A stretch of DNA of 64,000 nucleotides from Oopsacas minuta (GCA_024704765.1 JAKMXF010000004.1:1-64000), one strand, 5' to 3'. Positions 49,532-62,729 are shown, numbered from the stretch's first letter. Numbers and translations: made by a program. Notes: generated from the letters alone by a model not told the origin.

Positions 49532-50608
49532 TATATTTCCGTTCTTAGCAGATTCCATATGAATTAGGTGATAAAGTCAAGGTCTCAAAGAAATACTCTT
49601 CTAATTTCCATTTTTACAAGAACAATACGATACACGGGTGGGTGTGATATTCAAATCAATATGAGTTGACACATACGTACGAACAATGGAATCCTTTTTT
49701 TTAGCATAACCTCAAACAATAAATATTCAAGGGTGATAATAATTAGTGATGAAACCATTGTAACTGATACATATTAATTATTTGGCATGAATAACTATCT
49801 ATGTGCTGAGTCTGTTGACATGATAGTGTGTAACTCGAAATATTTGTATATGATTATTACAGAATTGATATGATTAGGTGAAACATTGGCGTACCCCTAG
49901 GAAAAGTGCTGGCGTACCCCCAGGGGTACTCGTACCCCAGTTTGAGAACCACTGGGTTAATTATCTACCATTAAAGTGCATGGGTTAGAATGTTATGATA
50001 CCTTTTCTCAGAAATTAGTATAGATATCGCTTTGGAATCAGACCCTGTTCTAACTGGAACCATTCTACATACACATGCCAAATTTTAGGTCTGCCGCTCT
50101 TACCAGGTTCTCAATCAACTTGGACAAAATACAGTGAGAATAAATATATAGGATTGTGAATACCAATGTTGACATTTTGACTGAAAAATTTCTGCGCGGA
50201 ATTTTGAGTTTTGAAGTATATGGTTGTAGAAAAATAGCCGCAGTCCCTCCTGGATAATTTATCAAATTTTGAATGAACCAAAGACCACCAGAATTGAAAT
50301 CTACATCACATCCAGCAATTTATAATACATCACATATTGATAGCCCAATGAAAAATGTACATGCTGGACTCTAGGGTCATTTGTGGCACCAAAGAACATT
50401 GTACATGCTGGACTCTGGGGACATTTATGGCTCAGAATAACGTTATTGCCCCTGGGTTCAAAAGTGACCCTAGTGGGTACTTTGGAGGATAATCTTAATG
50501 AACCTAAGATTTAAAAATCGATAAAATGAAGGATATGTGGCTACCTAGTCTTCAGAAGGACTCTTCTAGATTCCTAAATTTCTACAATTTGATAATATAG
50601 AGTATATA

Positions 50609-53600
50609 TGTTATGGGCAATATGAGAAATTGGGCATTATGCATAATGCCCAGGCAATATGCATAATGCTACTTTTTTAGTCAATATGCATAATGTCCAG
50701 GCAATATGCATAATGCTACTTTAGTCATATGCATAATGTCCAGGCAATATGCATAATGTTACTCATATTGGACAATATGCATAATGCTACTCATATTGGA
50801 CAATATGCATAATGCTACTCATATTGGACAATATGCATAATGCTACTCATATTGAACGATGTACATAATATCCAGGGAATATGCATAATGCTAGTTTTAG
50901 AGTGCCTCGTAATAATTATGCGACTTCTAATTAATTCAATTCATGAAAACTGATCGTAGATATAGGATATTCTATCATGCTAGATTCCGCTATATGCATT
51001 CTGGTCGGACAATCTACCTCGTAAGTGGTCCTTCTGAACCTAGTACGTCAACTTTATGTGGTCTCCCTTGGACCCTTTATATTTGGCCATGTGTCTTGCT
51101 AGTACTTTGTATTGCATACTTGAACACTGAATAAACATACTTTCCAGAATATAGCCCAATTACCAAATGAATACTCGAGAAATATTTATGAATAAAATAG
51201 CTGAAGCTGTGAAGAATAAAGCAGGGAACATGTCATTTTTCACCAAAGATGATTATCAAGCAACAATAGAGCGAATACAAAGCCTGGATGAAGATAAAAG
51301 TATTCAAAAAAATCCAAAGGATTATAGACTAGTGAAAAAATTCGAAATTTTGGAAATTCAAGTTGATGGTATCATAATCAAAAAGCTTAAGAAACAAGCA
51401 TCGCAGCAACAATTCGTTTTCTTTGAGGAATTATTTGATATTATACATGCAGCTCACCTGTCAACTGGACATAGTGGTAAAATACTCATGGAACATAAAT
51501 TGTCAGAAGATTATGCAAACATTACGAGAGAACATATTTGTACCTATTTGCAACTTTGCAAAAATGCCAGCTCAAGAAAAGTAAAGTCAGAAAATCTCTT
51601 GTCGTCAAGCCAATCATTAGCAATCAGCTCAATTCGAGATGCCATGTGAGGTATATTGTTTATCTATACAAATTTCGCATTGTAGCTGCAAAAATCCGAC
51701 TAGTGAAGCATGTTTTCTACAAGTATAATGAACTAGACATGTAAATCGGAGAAATATTTCCAGTTTGTATTAACTTATTTCTATCAAGGTTGACCTTATT
51801 GATATGCAAAGCCAACCAGACGGCAAGTACAAATACATTATGACATATCAAGATCATCTTACTAAGTTTGTAACATTAAAAGCGCTAGAATCGAAACGTG
51901 CAGAAGGGGTAGCTTATCATCTGATTGATATTTTTTGTGATAAAGGGGCACCTCATATTCTACAGTCTGATAATGGCCGTGAGTTTGCGAATCAGGTATG
52001 TTAAATTGTGTAGAATGAATATTATCAGCCTATACATAGATTTATCATTTGATTAATCTTATTTTCACACCTTTTGGCTACATTTTTAAGATTGTGAAGG
52101 AAGTAATAAATCTCTGGCCTGAGTGTCGATTAGTCCACGGAAAACCTCGACACTCCCAGTCACAAGGCTCAGTCGAGAGGGCAAATCGGAGCGTCGAAGA
52201 AATACTTGCTTGCTGGATGCGTGACGAAAATTCAACCAAATGGTCAGAAGGACTTAGATTCGTCCAATGGAAAATTAACACAAGACTACATACAGGTATT
52301 ATTCTATATTTAAGATAAATAATTATAACAAAAATGTACAATAAAATAGTATGTATGCATTTATACTTGGACTATCTTAGGAATTGGAAGGACTCCTTAT
52401 GAAGCTGTTTTTGGGATAAGACCACAACTAGGAGTAGTCTCAACCAACCTCACAATCGATGCAGCTTCTATTCTAGATACTGAAGAGCAATTAGAAGAAA
52501 TTTTGAATTCAGAAGAAGAATATTCGAAGCAACAGATGTTAGGACAAGACGATATAGCCCCAGACACGGCATCAATCACTCAACAATCTGAAATAACAAA
52601 CTATAATTGTGTATCATGTCAACAAATATCCAGTGGAGCGCACACTTGTATGTCTTGTGGGCTTTTTTGCCATGCTATACCACCATGTTCTGTAAACAAT
52701 GGAAGTGAAGAAGAAGGATTTGGTTCAGCTGTATTATGCAGACTATGTCATCAAGCGAATCAAATTACGCAGCAGCGAAAAGGAGCGAAAAGAATACAAG
52801 GAGTGCAGGCTGATAAAATGTTCGAGCAATCTAGAAAACGATTCAAACAAGCAAATATTGGGGATACAGTAATGGTCCCTTTACCCGACGTAGATCGAGG
52901 TAAAGGTGACTTTCGAAACATTAAAGCAGTTGTTGTGGCAGTTGAGCATAATGGTACCTACAAGCTAGGTACAAAATACGGCCAATTGAATTCGCATTAC
53001 ACCAGAAATCAATTTACTCCATGCCTGGATAAATTCTTGGAGATAAATGATGTCCAAACAGGAAAAGAGATTTCTTTGCGACAAGTAGCACGCAATGAAT
53101 CAGTTGGGACAAGTCAAGGGATGTTTCATTGCTCTTGTAAGAAGACATGTCTTCGTACTACGTGCAAGTGTTATCGTTCAAATCGACTATGTCACAGTAG
53201 GTGTCACAACAACCAAAGCTGCAGTAATAAGTAGAGTTGTGAAAATAGAGACCTCATAGTACTATTAGCAAAGAAGAAATGTAAGCCAAGTAGCTGAGTA
53301 TTTATAGAAGAATAATTAGCCAAAACATATTGTTATATAAAAATTACTGATAACAAGATAAGAAAATTGTATATTGCTTATGGATAACTGTATTTCGTAT
53401 ATTGTCCAATGAGAGTAGCATTATGCATATTGTCCAATATGAGTAACATTATGCATATTGCCTGGGCATTATGCATATTGACTAAAAAAGTAGCATTATG
53501 CATATTGACTAAAAAAGTAGCATTATGCATATTGCCTGGACATTATGCATATTGACTAAAAAAGTAGCATTATGCATATTGCCTGGGCATTATGCATAAT

Positions 53601-53627
53601 GCCCAATTTCTCATATTGCCCATAACA
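50609..53627 (+). mobile_element. Ginger-like (KRBA2/SCAND3-type integrase) DNA transposon with long array-containing TIRs
   Basis: TG..CA termini (TGTTATGGGCAATATGAGAAATTGGG, perfect at both ends), TATATA flanks, and about 10 left and 8 right copies of a CAATATGCATAATG unit. No RT, gag or direct LTRs. Confidence 0.88.
51167..53234 (+). CDS. Spliced integrase-type transposase (HHCC finger, DDE core, Cys-rich finger, SH3-like region, CXC tail); one apparent 1-bp deletion near 51560
   Basis: Exons 51167-51645, 51789-51995, 52091-52295 and 52381-53234 have GT-AG introns. They restore NSRCH|VDLIDMQ, LQSDNGREFANQ|IVKEV, HSQSQGSVERAN and RLHT|GIGRTPYEAVFG. Confidence 0.85.
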
Positions 53628-53633
53628 TATATA

Positions 53634-54546
53634 CTCTAAGTGGACAAAAGTATTTCAACACACATTGAACATTTCACAAATTGTATACTCTTTCCCGCTC
53701 CTATATATTGTGTAGTCTATATTCGTAGCTGCTATCTAGTAATTTGTATAGAATAACGTATGTTTTTCAAGAATTTCAAAAAGTTTTTCGATTTACACTT
53801 TTTGAAGGTGTTAATTATTAATAATTATTAGATAATTATTAATAATCAAAATATGTGGTAATTCAAAGCCTATTAAGAATCTATAATTTCTGACTTGATA
53901 TTTGAATTCTACGTAGGCGAGTTACCCCAGATTGAAATTTCCAATCTGATTGAACAATTTTTACCAAAGTTATAGAAGAATTTCAATTTGTGCCATTTGT
54001 GCCACCTTTTGCCCAAGGTGGCACAAGTGGCCACTACCAAGATGTTATTTTGGAATTCAAAGGTTAGCATAGTCATATCATTCGAAAATATTACTTCGAC
54101 TTATTCCTCCTAACCCTAGTTGATTTCCATGTAGTGGCGCTTTTTCCTGTCACCTGTGCCACTTTTTTCAAAAAGTGGCACAAGTGGGACAAATTGAAAT
54201 TTTTCTGTAACTTTGGTAAATATTGTTCAATCAGATTGGAAATTTCAATCTGGGGTAACTCGCCTACGTAGAATTCAAATATCAAGTCAGAAATTATAGA
54301 TTCTTAATAGGCTTTAAATTACCATATATTTTGATTATCAATAATAATCTAATAATTATTAATAATTAACACCTTCAAAAAGTGTAATCGAAAATATTTT
54401 TTTGAAATTCTTGAAAAACATGTGTTATTCTATACAAATTACTAGATAGCAGCTATGAATATAGACTACACAATATATAGGAGCGGGAAAGAGTATACAA
54501 TTTATGAAATGTTCAGTGTGTGTTGAAATACTTTGTTCACTTAGAG
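53634..54546. mobile_element. Long-TIR Tc1/mariner-type MITE, copy 2, with variant termini
   Basis: Same body as 5744-6658 but ends TA|CTCTAAGTGGACAAAAGTATTTC ... GAAATACTTTGTTCACTTAGAG|TA. Confidence 0.92.
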
Positions 54547-56329
54547 TATGTAGAGGTTACTGCCTATTTGAAAATATTTTTCTGTGGAATTAAGTGATAA
54601 TTAGTCATACTTATCAGATGATTGCCGCATCTCGAATTATTATTGTGTGAAATCCTTCAATTCTCGATTCATTAAATTGCCTTATCTTGGAGGTGTCCTA
54701 TCTCAGCGGTTGAAGAAGTGCTATTTGTATAGGTAAATCAATCGTGGTTGATGGGCTTGTACCCTATCTCGGAGGTGCCAATTTGCAGGTACACCTGTAT
54801 TAGGTAATTCGATCAGAATCCTCATCACCAATAAATATCGCTTCCAGAGACAAATGCAACTTCTGGGAAACGCTAGCGATTTAGGGAGGAGGGATCCACA
54901 AACGCGCGTAGTGATATAAATATATTTATGAGTTGAAATTAACGAGCAATTAGCTTATGCAGCCACTGTTTGCTTTAATTTTAATATTCGCTATTTTACC
55001 CTTCGGGTGTCTTGAATTCCAATTACCAACTTATCATGATCTAATTCTAAACAATGTATAAGGTGGAACCTCATTAATCCGAATTTTCGGAGCAATAAGC
55101 AGAATTTTGCACTAAATTTGTGCCCTCCGATGGGACTTCAATCACATTTTCTCTGGATAAAGCTAACAAATTTTGAAGGTGCGTTGGTACTCGTATTTTG
55201 GAGGTTCCATTTTATATTGCCGGTAGTGTAAATAATACTTAATGAAAATTTGTAGGCCAATCTCGGGATCAAGAAACTATAGAACTATTTACATATGAAG
55301 AGCTAATGTTAACTATTCCTGTACTTGATCAATATACACATATTCTGCCTAACAAACTGGCGGTATGGCTTTTGTCGGATTGTTCTCTCGCGTTTATGTC
55401 AGACTTTGAAGTAATCAACGCTCATTTATATTTAGACTGGGTTCAGGCTCATCGAAAACATTGAGTTTTATAATAGAGTAACTTAAATGTTCAAACTTTG
55501 TGACATATTTGTTTGATAATGTCTTCTGCTTTTTGTACTACAAACTCTCGAATATATTTCGCTTAATTCCAAATTCTAACATACAGATTTGTGATATGAT
55601 GTGTCTTAAGGGCAGGCTGCTTTTAACAATATCTCTCGATTGATGTCCTGAATTTTCACTGTAATATTTTAATTTGTTAAATGAAGTATGGTTAGCCAAG
55701 AAGAATATATTGATTGAAACTCAATTGAAGATTTTTAACTTGTGACAGAAATTATTGCTTACATTTTCAAGCCTATGAATTGTGTTTGGAATTTCAAGTG
55801 TTATTGGCGACAATATCACTATATATATTAGCTATTAAATGCTTGATTACTAAGCTGTCGTGCAGCGACCTAGCAAGCGATGCGCGGTATTTTCTGATCA
55901 ACTTTGCCTGGATATCATCATGTATTTAGGAAAGAAAGGAATTAATATTGCGACAATTGTACTGGTATGTGTAACCAAAAGTTATATTTGTAGGGCCTTC
56001 TTTCCAATACATTTTCACACTTACCGATACCTTCGATCGAACATGAATATTCAACTATTTCCACACAATATATTCCATTTAACCTCATTAAAGACTTGGC
56101 ATATTTATACAGCGAACAGTTAGCATGATGAGTATTCTACCTTAAAATTTCATTCTAGATATTTTCCATTGTAAGCAAGGTCATAAATATGATACAGGGT
56201 AAAAGACAAGTTTTAGCAAAAAAGGAGCATAGATTCCGCAAAGAATGATGTACTTGAATTTAAAGAGTATACTGGTATTTGTTACTAGTCTTATACATAT
56301 ATTCTCTTTCCTATCGAACCATAATTTAA

Positions 56330-57050
56330 GAATATTTAGTATATACTTCACTTTCCGAAGGAAGTTACAAATGCAAATCTGTGGTTAAAGGTGACAAACT
56401 TTACTCTTGAATGTCAATAATTGTTATTTCATCCACGATGCTGTATTATTTAAATAAGGAATACACTCCACAGATACATGAGTTATGAAGCATGTCTTTG
56501 CAAAAATTCTTTAGTAGATAATAAAGGTGTGATATTAACTTTCTGGTGCTAAAAATATATTTAACAGGGTGGGCAGGGAATGCTTCCTTCGCATGTTAGA
56601 TGTCAACTATAAACAATTTTATTTACCCCAAATGTAATGAAGCTCCCGAGGTTTTAATTATAGATGGGATCACAATGGGAACAATCAAAGAAATACGAAA
56701 TCCAGTTCATGAATATCTGGATGATCAAAGATGCAAATTAATTCCAACACCAGTTAGAGTATCCACATCTGACCTCAAAAATGATAATATCTTAAAAATT
56801 ATTGCACATATGTCTATTAATTTTAAGAAATTTCTTGTTGCCAAAATGTACCAATTAGGTATTATCGTGATATTATATTGCCCATTAAATTTAATGGACT
56901 TCATGTATCCATGATCCATGAAATTATGGTCAGTGATATGTCCTTATATTGCGAAGGTCATACATCAACTAAATGTTCCCTTGCATTTCCCGTAGTAATG
57001 CGAGGCATTGGCAAAATTGTAATGACTGAAATGAGGTACTTTAACAATAA
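56330..57050 (+). pseudogene. Possible CxC/KDZ-associated (HMGXB3-like) transposase remnant
   Basis: LLNVNNCYFIHDAVL and FIYPKCNEAPEVLIIDGITMG resemble the F.C..C...P..L..DG..(M/L)G motif. Very decayed. Confidence 0.4.
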
Positions 57051-57166
57051 GCAAAACACTTCATTATTTATAATGATACAAATACAGGTGACATCAGGTA
57101 ATTCAAATCTCAGGGGAAATATAATTCGGTTCGAGACAACGAATGTTCGAGTTTATTGACTGTATA

Positions 57167-57766
57167 TGTTGCAGTGTAATGCGAGTTTGGTGTGATTGCA
57201 ATCACACCAACCTATTGGTGTAAGTGCGAGCTTGGAATAGAATCAATATAAGTATATTGCATATTCATTGTTTTCCGTAGCTCATTTTATGTAATGAAAG
57301 TCATTGTAGATGACATCATTGATATGCCTAGTTTGATGTTTATCAAACACAGTTTACGCACATCTAGATGATTATTTCCCCATTTCTAATTTTGATACAT
57401 AGAAGATTTTTTGATATATCCAAGTAGAAATACTCAATTCAGCGAATAATTTTTTGGGAAATAATTATATTTTGAAGATTTAATGATGTTGAACCGAGGG
57501 GCTCAATCTAGAGAAGAATCATCCTTAACTTCAATTGAATCACTTTAGAGTTTTTGTAGTTCCATTATGCATAGTAATGTGCGTAGGGTGAGTGTTTGTA
57601 CATTGTTAGTACCTTAGCCTAATTATCCTAAATTAGGATTACTCATATTCCATATAGCAGAGATCAGTAATTAAAATTTACCCAATATTTATCCTATTCG
57701 AAGCTCGCACTACCCGAATAGGTTGGCGTGATTGCAATCACACCAACTCGCATTTACACTGCAACA
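57167..57766. mobile_element. 600-bp non-autonomous element with about 85-bp TIRs and TG..CA ends
   Basis: TGTTGCAGTGTAA...TTACACTGCAACA. The arms match over about 85 bp and the flanks are TATA and TTTA. Confidence 0.8.
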
Positions 57767-59296
57767 TTTACATATATATATATAGAACTTGAATTGCGTT
57801 ATATTCATGACTGTAATTAATAAATTTGCTTAACCACGAAGACATAAAAACCTTCAATCTCAAAATACTACAACCTTCGTTTATGTTCGTAACTATGCTA
57901 CGAAGTAAACTACTGACAGTTGTGTCCACATATCCAAGACTCCATCTCCATTGACATAGGGAATGGATCTCCTCCCCTGTTCGCTTGCATTCTGTAATTA
58001 ATTAATGCTCATACAACAGTACCTAATGGACATGCGATTGTACTTTTTAATATATATAATGTTTATGATAAGTCAATTCATAACAAGCGACCCTGATTTT
58101 TGTTTGTAGATGATTCTATTATAATTTGAACATAAACTCTCACTTATTTACTTCTTAACTACTTATATTGGCTAACTTTCGGCCAAGAAATACAGCCTTG
58201 AAAATATGTTCATTACATCACAATGGCCTAGAACCACATCGAAAGTCCTGCAGGCACTTTAAGAAGAAAATGTTACGTATCGTTGCAAACCCTCTAGCCA
58301 CTGCCTAAATTGAATTAAATTTTTGATAATCACCTTAAACATATAGTCAGTTTTCCCGATAATTCACGGGTTCGAGGGATCTGGTACACAAGCGCTTACG
58401 AGTAGGCGAGGCCAGTGTGGCCAGGGTCCCATCGCTTTACAGGAGATGAGTATTGGGGGACTTCCTTTTGTTAGTGGTCGTAAATTAGTGATTGTATGTG
58501 CTGAATCACCAAGTTATTGCAAATACCTATATTTAAGTAACTGAGGTGTCATGCTATCAAAGGTTTCTTAGGGACATCCGTATGCTAGTGTTAACATAGC
58601 GATCTATAGTTTTGCCCCGCCACTCAAACTTTGCTTCCTATGCCCTTAGTACAGGAAATAATATAGGGTCCATTTATTTTTAGATATACTTAGTCCCAAA
58701 TGTCCTTTAAATTCCTGTGGAGGCACTCAAAATGAGAAAATTCTGAGGTTTAGGTCAAGATTAGGGAGGGTACTTCATATAACTATGGGACATCTCGGAA
58801 TAGTATATGATAATTCCTGTTCTTGACCACGAACAAGGAGACAAACAAACGAATAAACACTAATTGTAATGTAGTAACAAATATACTATAGATATATATT
58901 AAGTGATGAAAAGGCCCATATTTTCAAGGACGTATTTTAGTGACTAAAATTGACAATAATGGTGGTAAAGAACGGGATACACAAGGTAAGAAAACCGAAT
59001 ACTATAGATTCTCTGAACCGTGCGAATGAGCTGAAAATGACCTGTAATGTCCATCCTTGGTTGCTATATATAAGTCCCAGCAACTTGAGTTGGTAGACAT
59101 CAACAGGCAACCTAGGTTGCTATTTAAACAAGCCCTTTTAGTATTTTTATCTGTATTTACAAGCTATTCGACGTTTTATAATTCACAATATATATTCGGT
59201 TTTTTATTGCACCAAAATGAGTAAGAAATTCTTTCGCTGATTTTGGTGCCATACCTATATTGCGGTCTGTACAGCTATAGAATATGAAAAATTGCC

Positions 59297-59366
59297 CTCG
59301 AAATTCAACAGGTTGCGGAAATTTGACGCTCATGCGTTAAATCTTCGCAACCTATTGAATTTCGAG
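59297..59366. other. 70-nt imperfect hairpin (about 33-bp stem, 4-nt loop)
   Basis: CTCGAAATTCAACAGGTTGCGGAAATTTGACGC-TCAT-GCGTTAAATCTTCGCAACCTATTGAATTTCGAG. Confidence 0.85.
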
Positions 59367-60059
59367 CCAACATTTAACTTTTACTTGATCCATTATTGCA
59401 AACATGCAAAACCTCTAAAATCTTGGATTATTCAATTGATTTCGCAATTCATGCGTAAATTTGTGTGTCAACCAAAGGGAGTAATTCTTCGTTCAGTATT
59501 TGGATACACTAGCATAGAATTATGATGGCATGAATCGTATGGCAATCCTTATATTTTTGTATTTGCTCCTATGGACTGAGTAAAATTATTGGTAGGGCAA
59601 TAGCCTCAACAACCCTGCCGGTGAATACGGTCATGGGATACATCTTAATGCGTTCAAACGTTTCGGAATTCCTATTAGAACACAATTTAAGTATGTGTAT
59701 AAGGTAACCATTACAAAAGGCTTCTCTGAAAACGACAACCTCGAAGGTAAGGCAATTAAATCAACTGAGATTTTCAATGCAAAATTAGAATATCGTAGAA
59801 TGACAGCAGCGTATGTATGACCAAGGTCATTATTGTGTCGCTACAATTTCAGAAACAATTTGTATGTCTGCACGACGTAAATACCCATGTAGTCTCTCGT
59901 GACTTTAAACAAACCATACACATGTTTGTAGTCGTTATTTCATCTGCCAATGTATTTACATAGGAATCATCATTGTCATCTGAACTGGAGTCACTTTCAT
60001 TTGTTTCTGTAAAAGAACCAACTGTATGATTGATTCCCTTAACACATACTCATGCAATA

Positions 60060-60660
60060 ACTTTACCTTCAACTAGATATCCTTCATATTTCTGTTGCCG
60101 CTGTTCGTTTTGCATATTTTCTTCTTTCTTCCCCTTCTAAGTCGTAAATCTTCTTTAATCTTGCGATTTCGTTGTCTGTGTCCGATAGAATTTCATTCAA
60201 TGTATATTGAAAATTTCATATTCTTGGCTTGCTACATTTTATCAAGGACTTTAGTCTTCTGTTATAATTTTTGCTTCATTATTTGTTGTCATTTTCTTGT
60301 GCTAAACTGCTAATTCTTCAGGTGGAATTTGATTTAACCAGCTCCTCTGAACATATTGTTTGAGCTTCTTCACACTATCCATTTGATTCTCTTCGCGGTT
60401 AAGATTTGGCGTATTAATTTGATCGTATGTAGACTGTCTTTCATATGTAGGTAAGGACGGTAGAGCCATAATACAGCGTATGTAATTTTGAAATGCACCA
60501 TTATTTGTATATGTTGTTACAAGATTTACTTTCTGAATCTTCTTCAACTTCTCTCTGTATAATGGAATCAACAGCCTTGTAACTTGGTCCCATTGAACAG
60601 CGTTCTATGCCCATTACGTGCTGCCTGTTCCCAGCCCAACATACATACACCTATTACGAT
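60060..60660 (-). pseudogene. MULE/Mutator transposase C-terminal remnant
   Basis: WEQAARN..LFNGTKLQGC*FHY, KIQKVNL..Y..FQNYIRCIMALP.LP, LKQYVQRSW, TNNEA, LSDTDNEIARL. Confidence 0.7.
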
Positions 60661-61818
60661 ACCATATACTAGATAGAAATAGGATAGGAATCCGCTTGGC
60701 TGTCCTCCCATCCAGGCTGTCGTACCGAAGGAAATGAATTTACTAGCACTACGCTGGTCACTGGATAATTATATATAACAATAAAGTTATAGGTTTGTGA
60801 GGTGATCGTAGCATTTACAACTCTGTATAGCTTCCTGAACATTGCTATTTGATGTTAAAATGTGGTGTAATTTGTGAATTTTCGAGTGAACTGCTTGATA
60901 TAATTCTTCAGGTTTACAGTCAGAGGACAATCTATAGAGCGAGTACACGTTGATCAATAAAGAGCGTCCAAAGGTACAGTGGAAACGATACCGTCAAAAC
61001 ATGTTCCTTGTATGTCAAGCATAATGGGGGTAATTTCATCAGAAAAAAGACAAATCCACCGTCTTGACCTCAAAAGCAGAACTTTGAAATGCATTCCGAA
61101 TATTGTTCCTGGTAACTGTATATTAAGTTCGGACGTTCAAGCTTCCTTATACAGCAATACATTGGAGATTTTCAACTGGGAAATGAAACTTTTCTGTGTG
61201 CTGGATCTCTTCTTGTTACATCAATGACAATTTAACAATTTCTAGCAGTTGACAACTTAACCTATTCTAACAAAAGATAACATCACAAATTCTAACAAAT
61301 GACGATGGGAACACATAATCTTCGAACAGTTGACAACATGGAAAATTCTAACAATAGACGACATCCCAAATTCTAGCAAATGCAGCGCTCCCTGAAAAAT
61401 ATATTATTTATCAGTATATTTAACAATAAAAGTATATAATATCATATTTCGAATTTCTGACTGTCTGGTAAGGAACAATCGAATTTATGGACTCCACAAG
61501 TTTTTCATATAGTGGACATATATTTCCCGAGTACCTATTTTGTATTCAGCAGTGCTCGACACATGTGGTGGTTTCGTGGCCACCATGATATTGGTCTTAG
61601 CCAGTAAAATTTCACTGAATAATCTTATCTGAGATACGCTGTGACTTAGTAAGCCACTAGCAAATTTTTTATATTTCGAGCATTGGTATTCAACCCTCTC
61701 ACTCTTTAGTGTCTAACCAAAACATATAAAGATAGTAATAATATAATACATACAATCGAAAGCGGTTTTTTCTAATTCAGGGTAATTCAAACTAATAGTT
61801 TTTTTCTGCATAAATATA

Positions 61819-62729
61819 CAACCAAGGGACAAAAGTATTCGACCACATAAATATATTGTCATAAATTGTATACTTTTTCCCGCTCCTATATATTGTATAG
61901 TCTATATTCGTAGCTGCTATCTAGTAATTTGCATAGAATAACATATGTTTTTCAAGAATTTCAAAAAAATGTCGATTTACACTTTTTGAAGGTGTTAATT
62001 ATTAATGATTATTAGATAATTATTGATAGTCAAAATATGTGGTAATTCAAAGCCTATTAAGAATCTATAATTTCTGACTTGATATTTGAATTCTACGTAG
62101 GCGAGTTACTCCAGATTGAAATTTCCAATCGGATTGAACAACTTTTACCAAAGTTATAGAGGAATTTCAATTTGTCCCACTTGTGCCACTATTTTCAAAA
62201 AGTGGCACAGGTGGCAGGAAAAAGCGCCACTACAAGGAAATCAACTAGGGTTAGGAGGAATAAGTCAAAGTAATATTTTCGAATGATATGACTATGCTAA
62301 CCCTTGAGTTACAAAATAACCTCTTGGTAGCGGCCACTTGTGCCACCTTGGGAAAAAGGTGGCACAATTGACACAAATTGAAATTCTTCTATAACTTTGG
62401 TAAAAGTTGTTCAATCCGACTGGAAATTTCAATCTGGGGTAACTCGCCTACATAGAATTCAAATATCAAGTCAGAAATTATAGATTCTTAATAGGCTTTG
62501 AATTACCACATATTTTGACTATCAATAATTATCTAATAATTATTAATAATTAACACCTTCAAAAAGTGTAATCGAATTTTTTTTTGAAATTCTTGAAAAA
62601 TATATGTTATTCTATGCAAATTACTAGATAGCAGCTACGAATATAGACTACACAATATATAGGAGCGGGAAAAAGTATACAATTTATGACAATATATTTA
62701 TGTGGTCGAATACTTTTGTCCCTTGACTG
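61819..62729. mobile_element. Long-TIR Tc1/mariner-type MITE, copy 3, core inverted relative to copies 1 and 2
   Basis: TA|CAACCAAGGGACAAAAGTATTCG ... CGAATACTTTTGTCCCTTGACTG|TA. Confidence 0.92.

Larger units (their letters stand above)
47278..49954 (-). mobile_element. Buster (ZBED5/ZBED8-like) hAT, catalytic core deleted, hosting a maT insertion
   Basis: Perfect TIR CAGTGGTTCTCAAACT and perfect TSD GGTTAATT. N-terminus MESAK.RK|YNEDYIKYGF..RPQCVICYKVLSEGSMKP..LKRHL jumps directly to the C-terminus (KIRAFIMKLELW..FPSTYLCEQGF). Confidence 0.92.

Noticed and set aside
50630-50895. Repeat-spacer pattern (also 53417-53610) resembling CRISPR
   Set aside because: The spacers are only three recurring linkers, the arrays are mutually inverted TIRs of one element, and there are no cas genes.
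51167-53234. Integrase as part of an LTR retrotransposon or Polinton
   Set aside because: No gag, protease, RT, polymerase or direct LTRs. It has inverted termini and introns in 3 kb.
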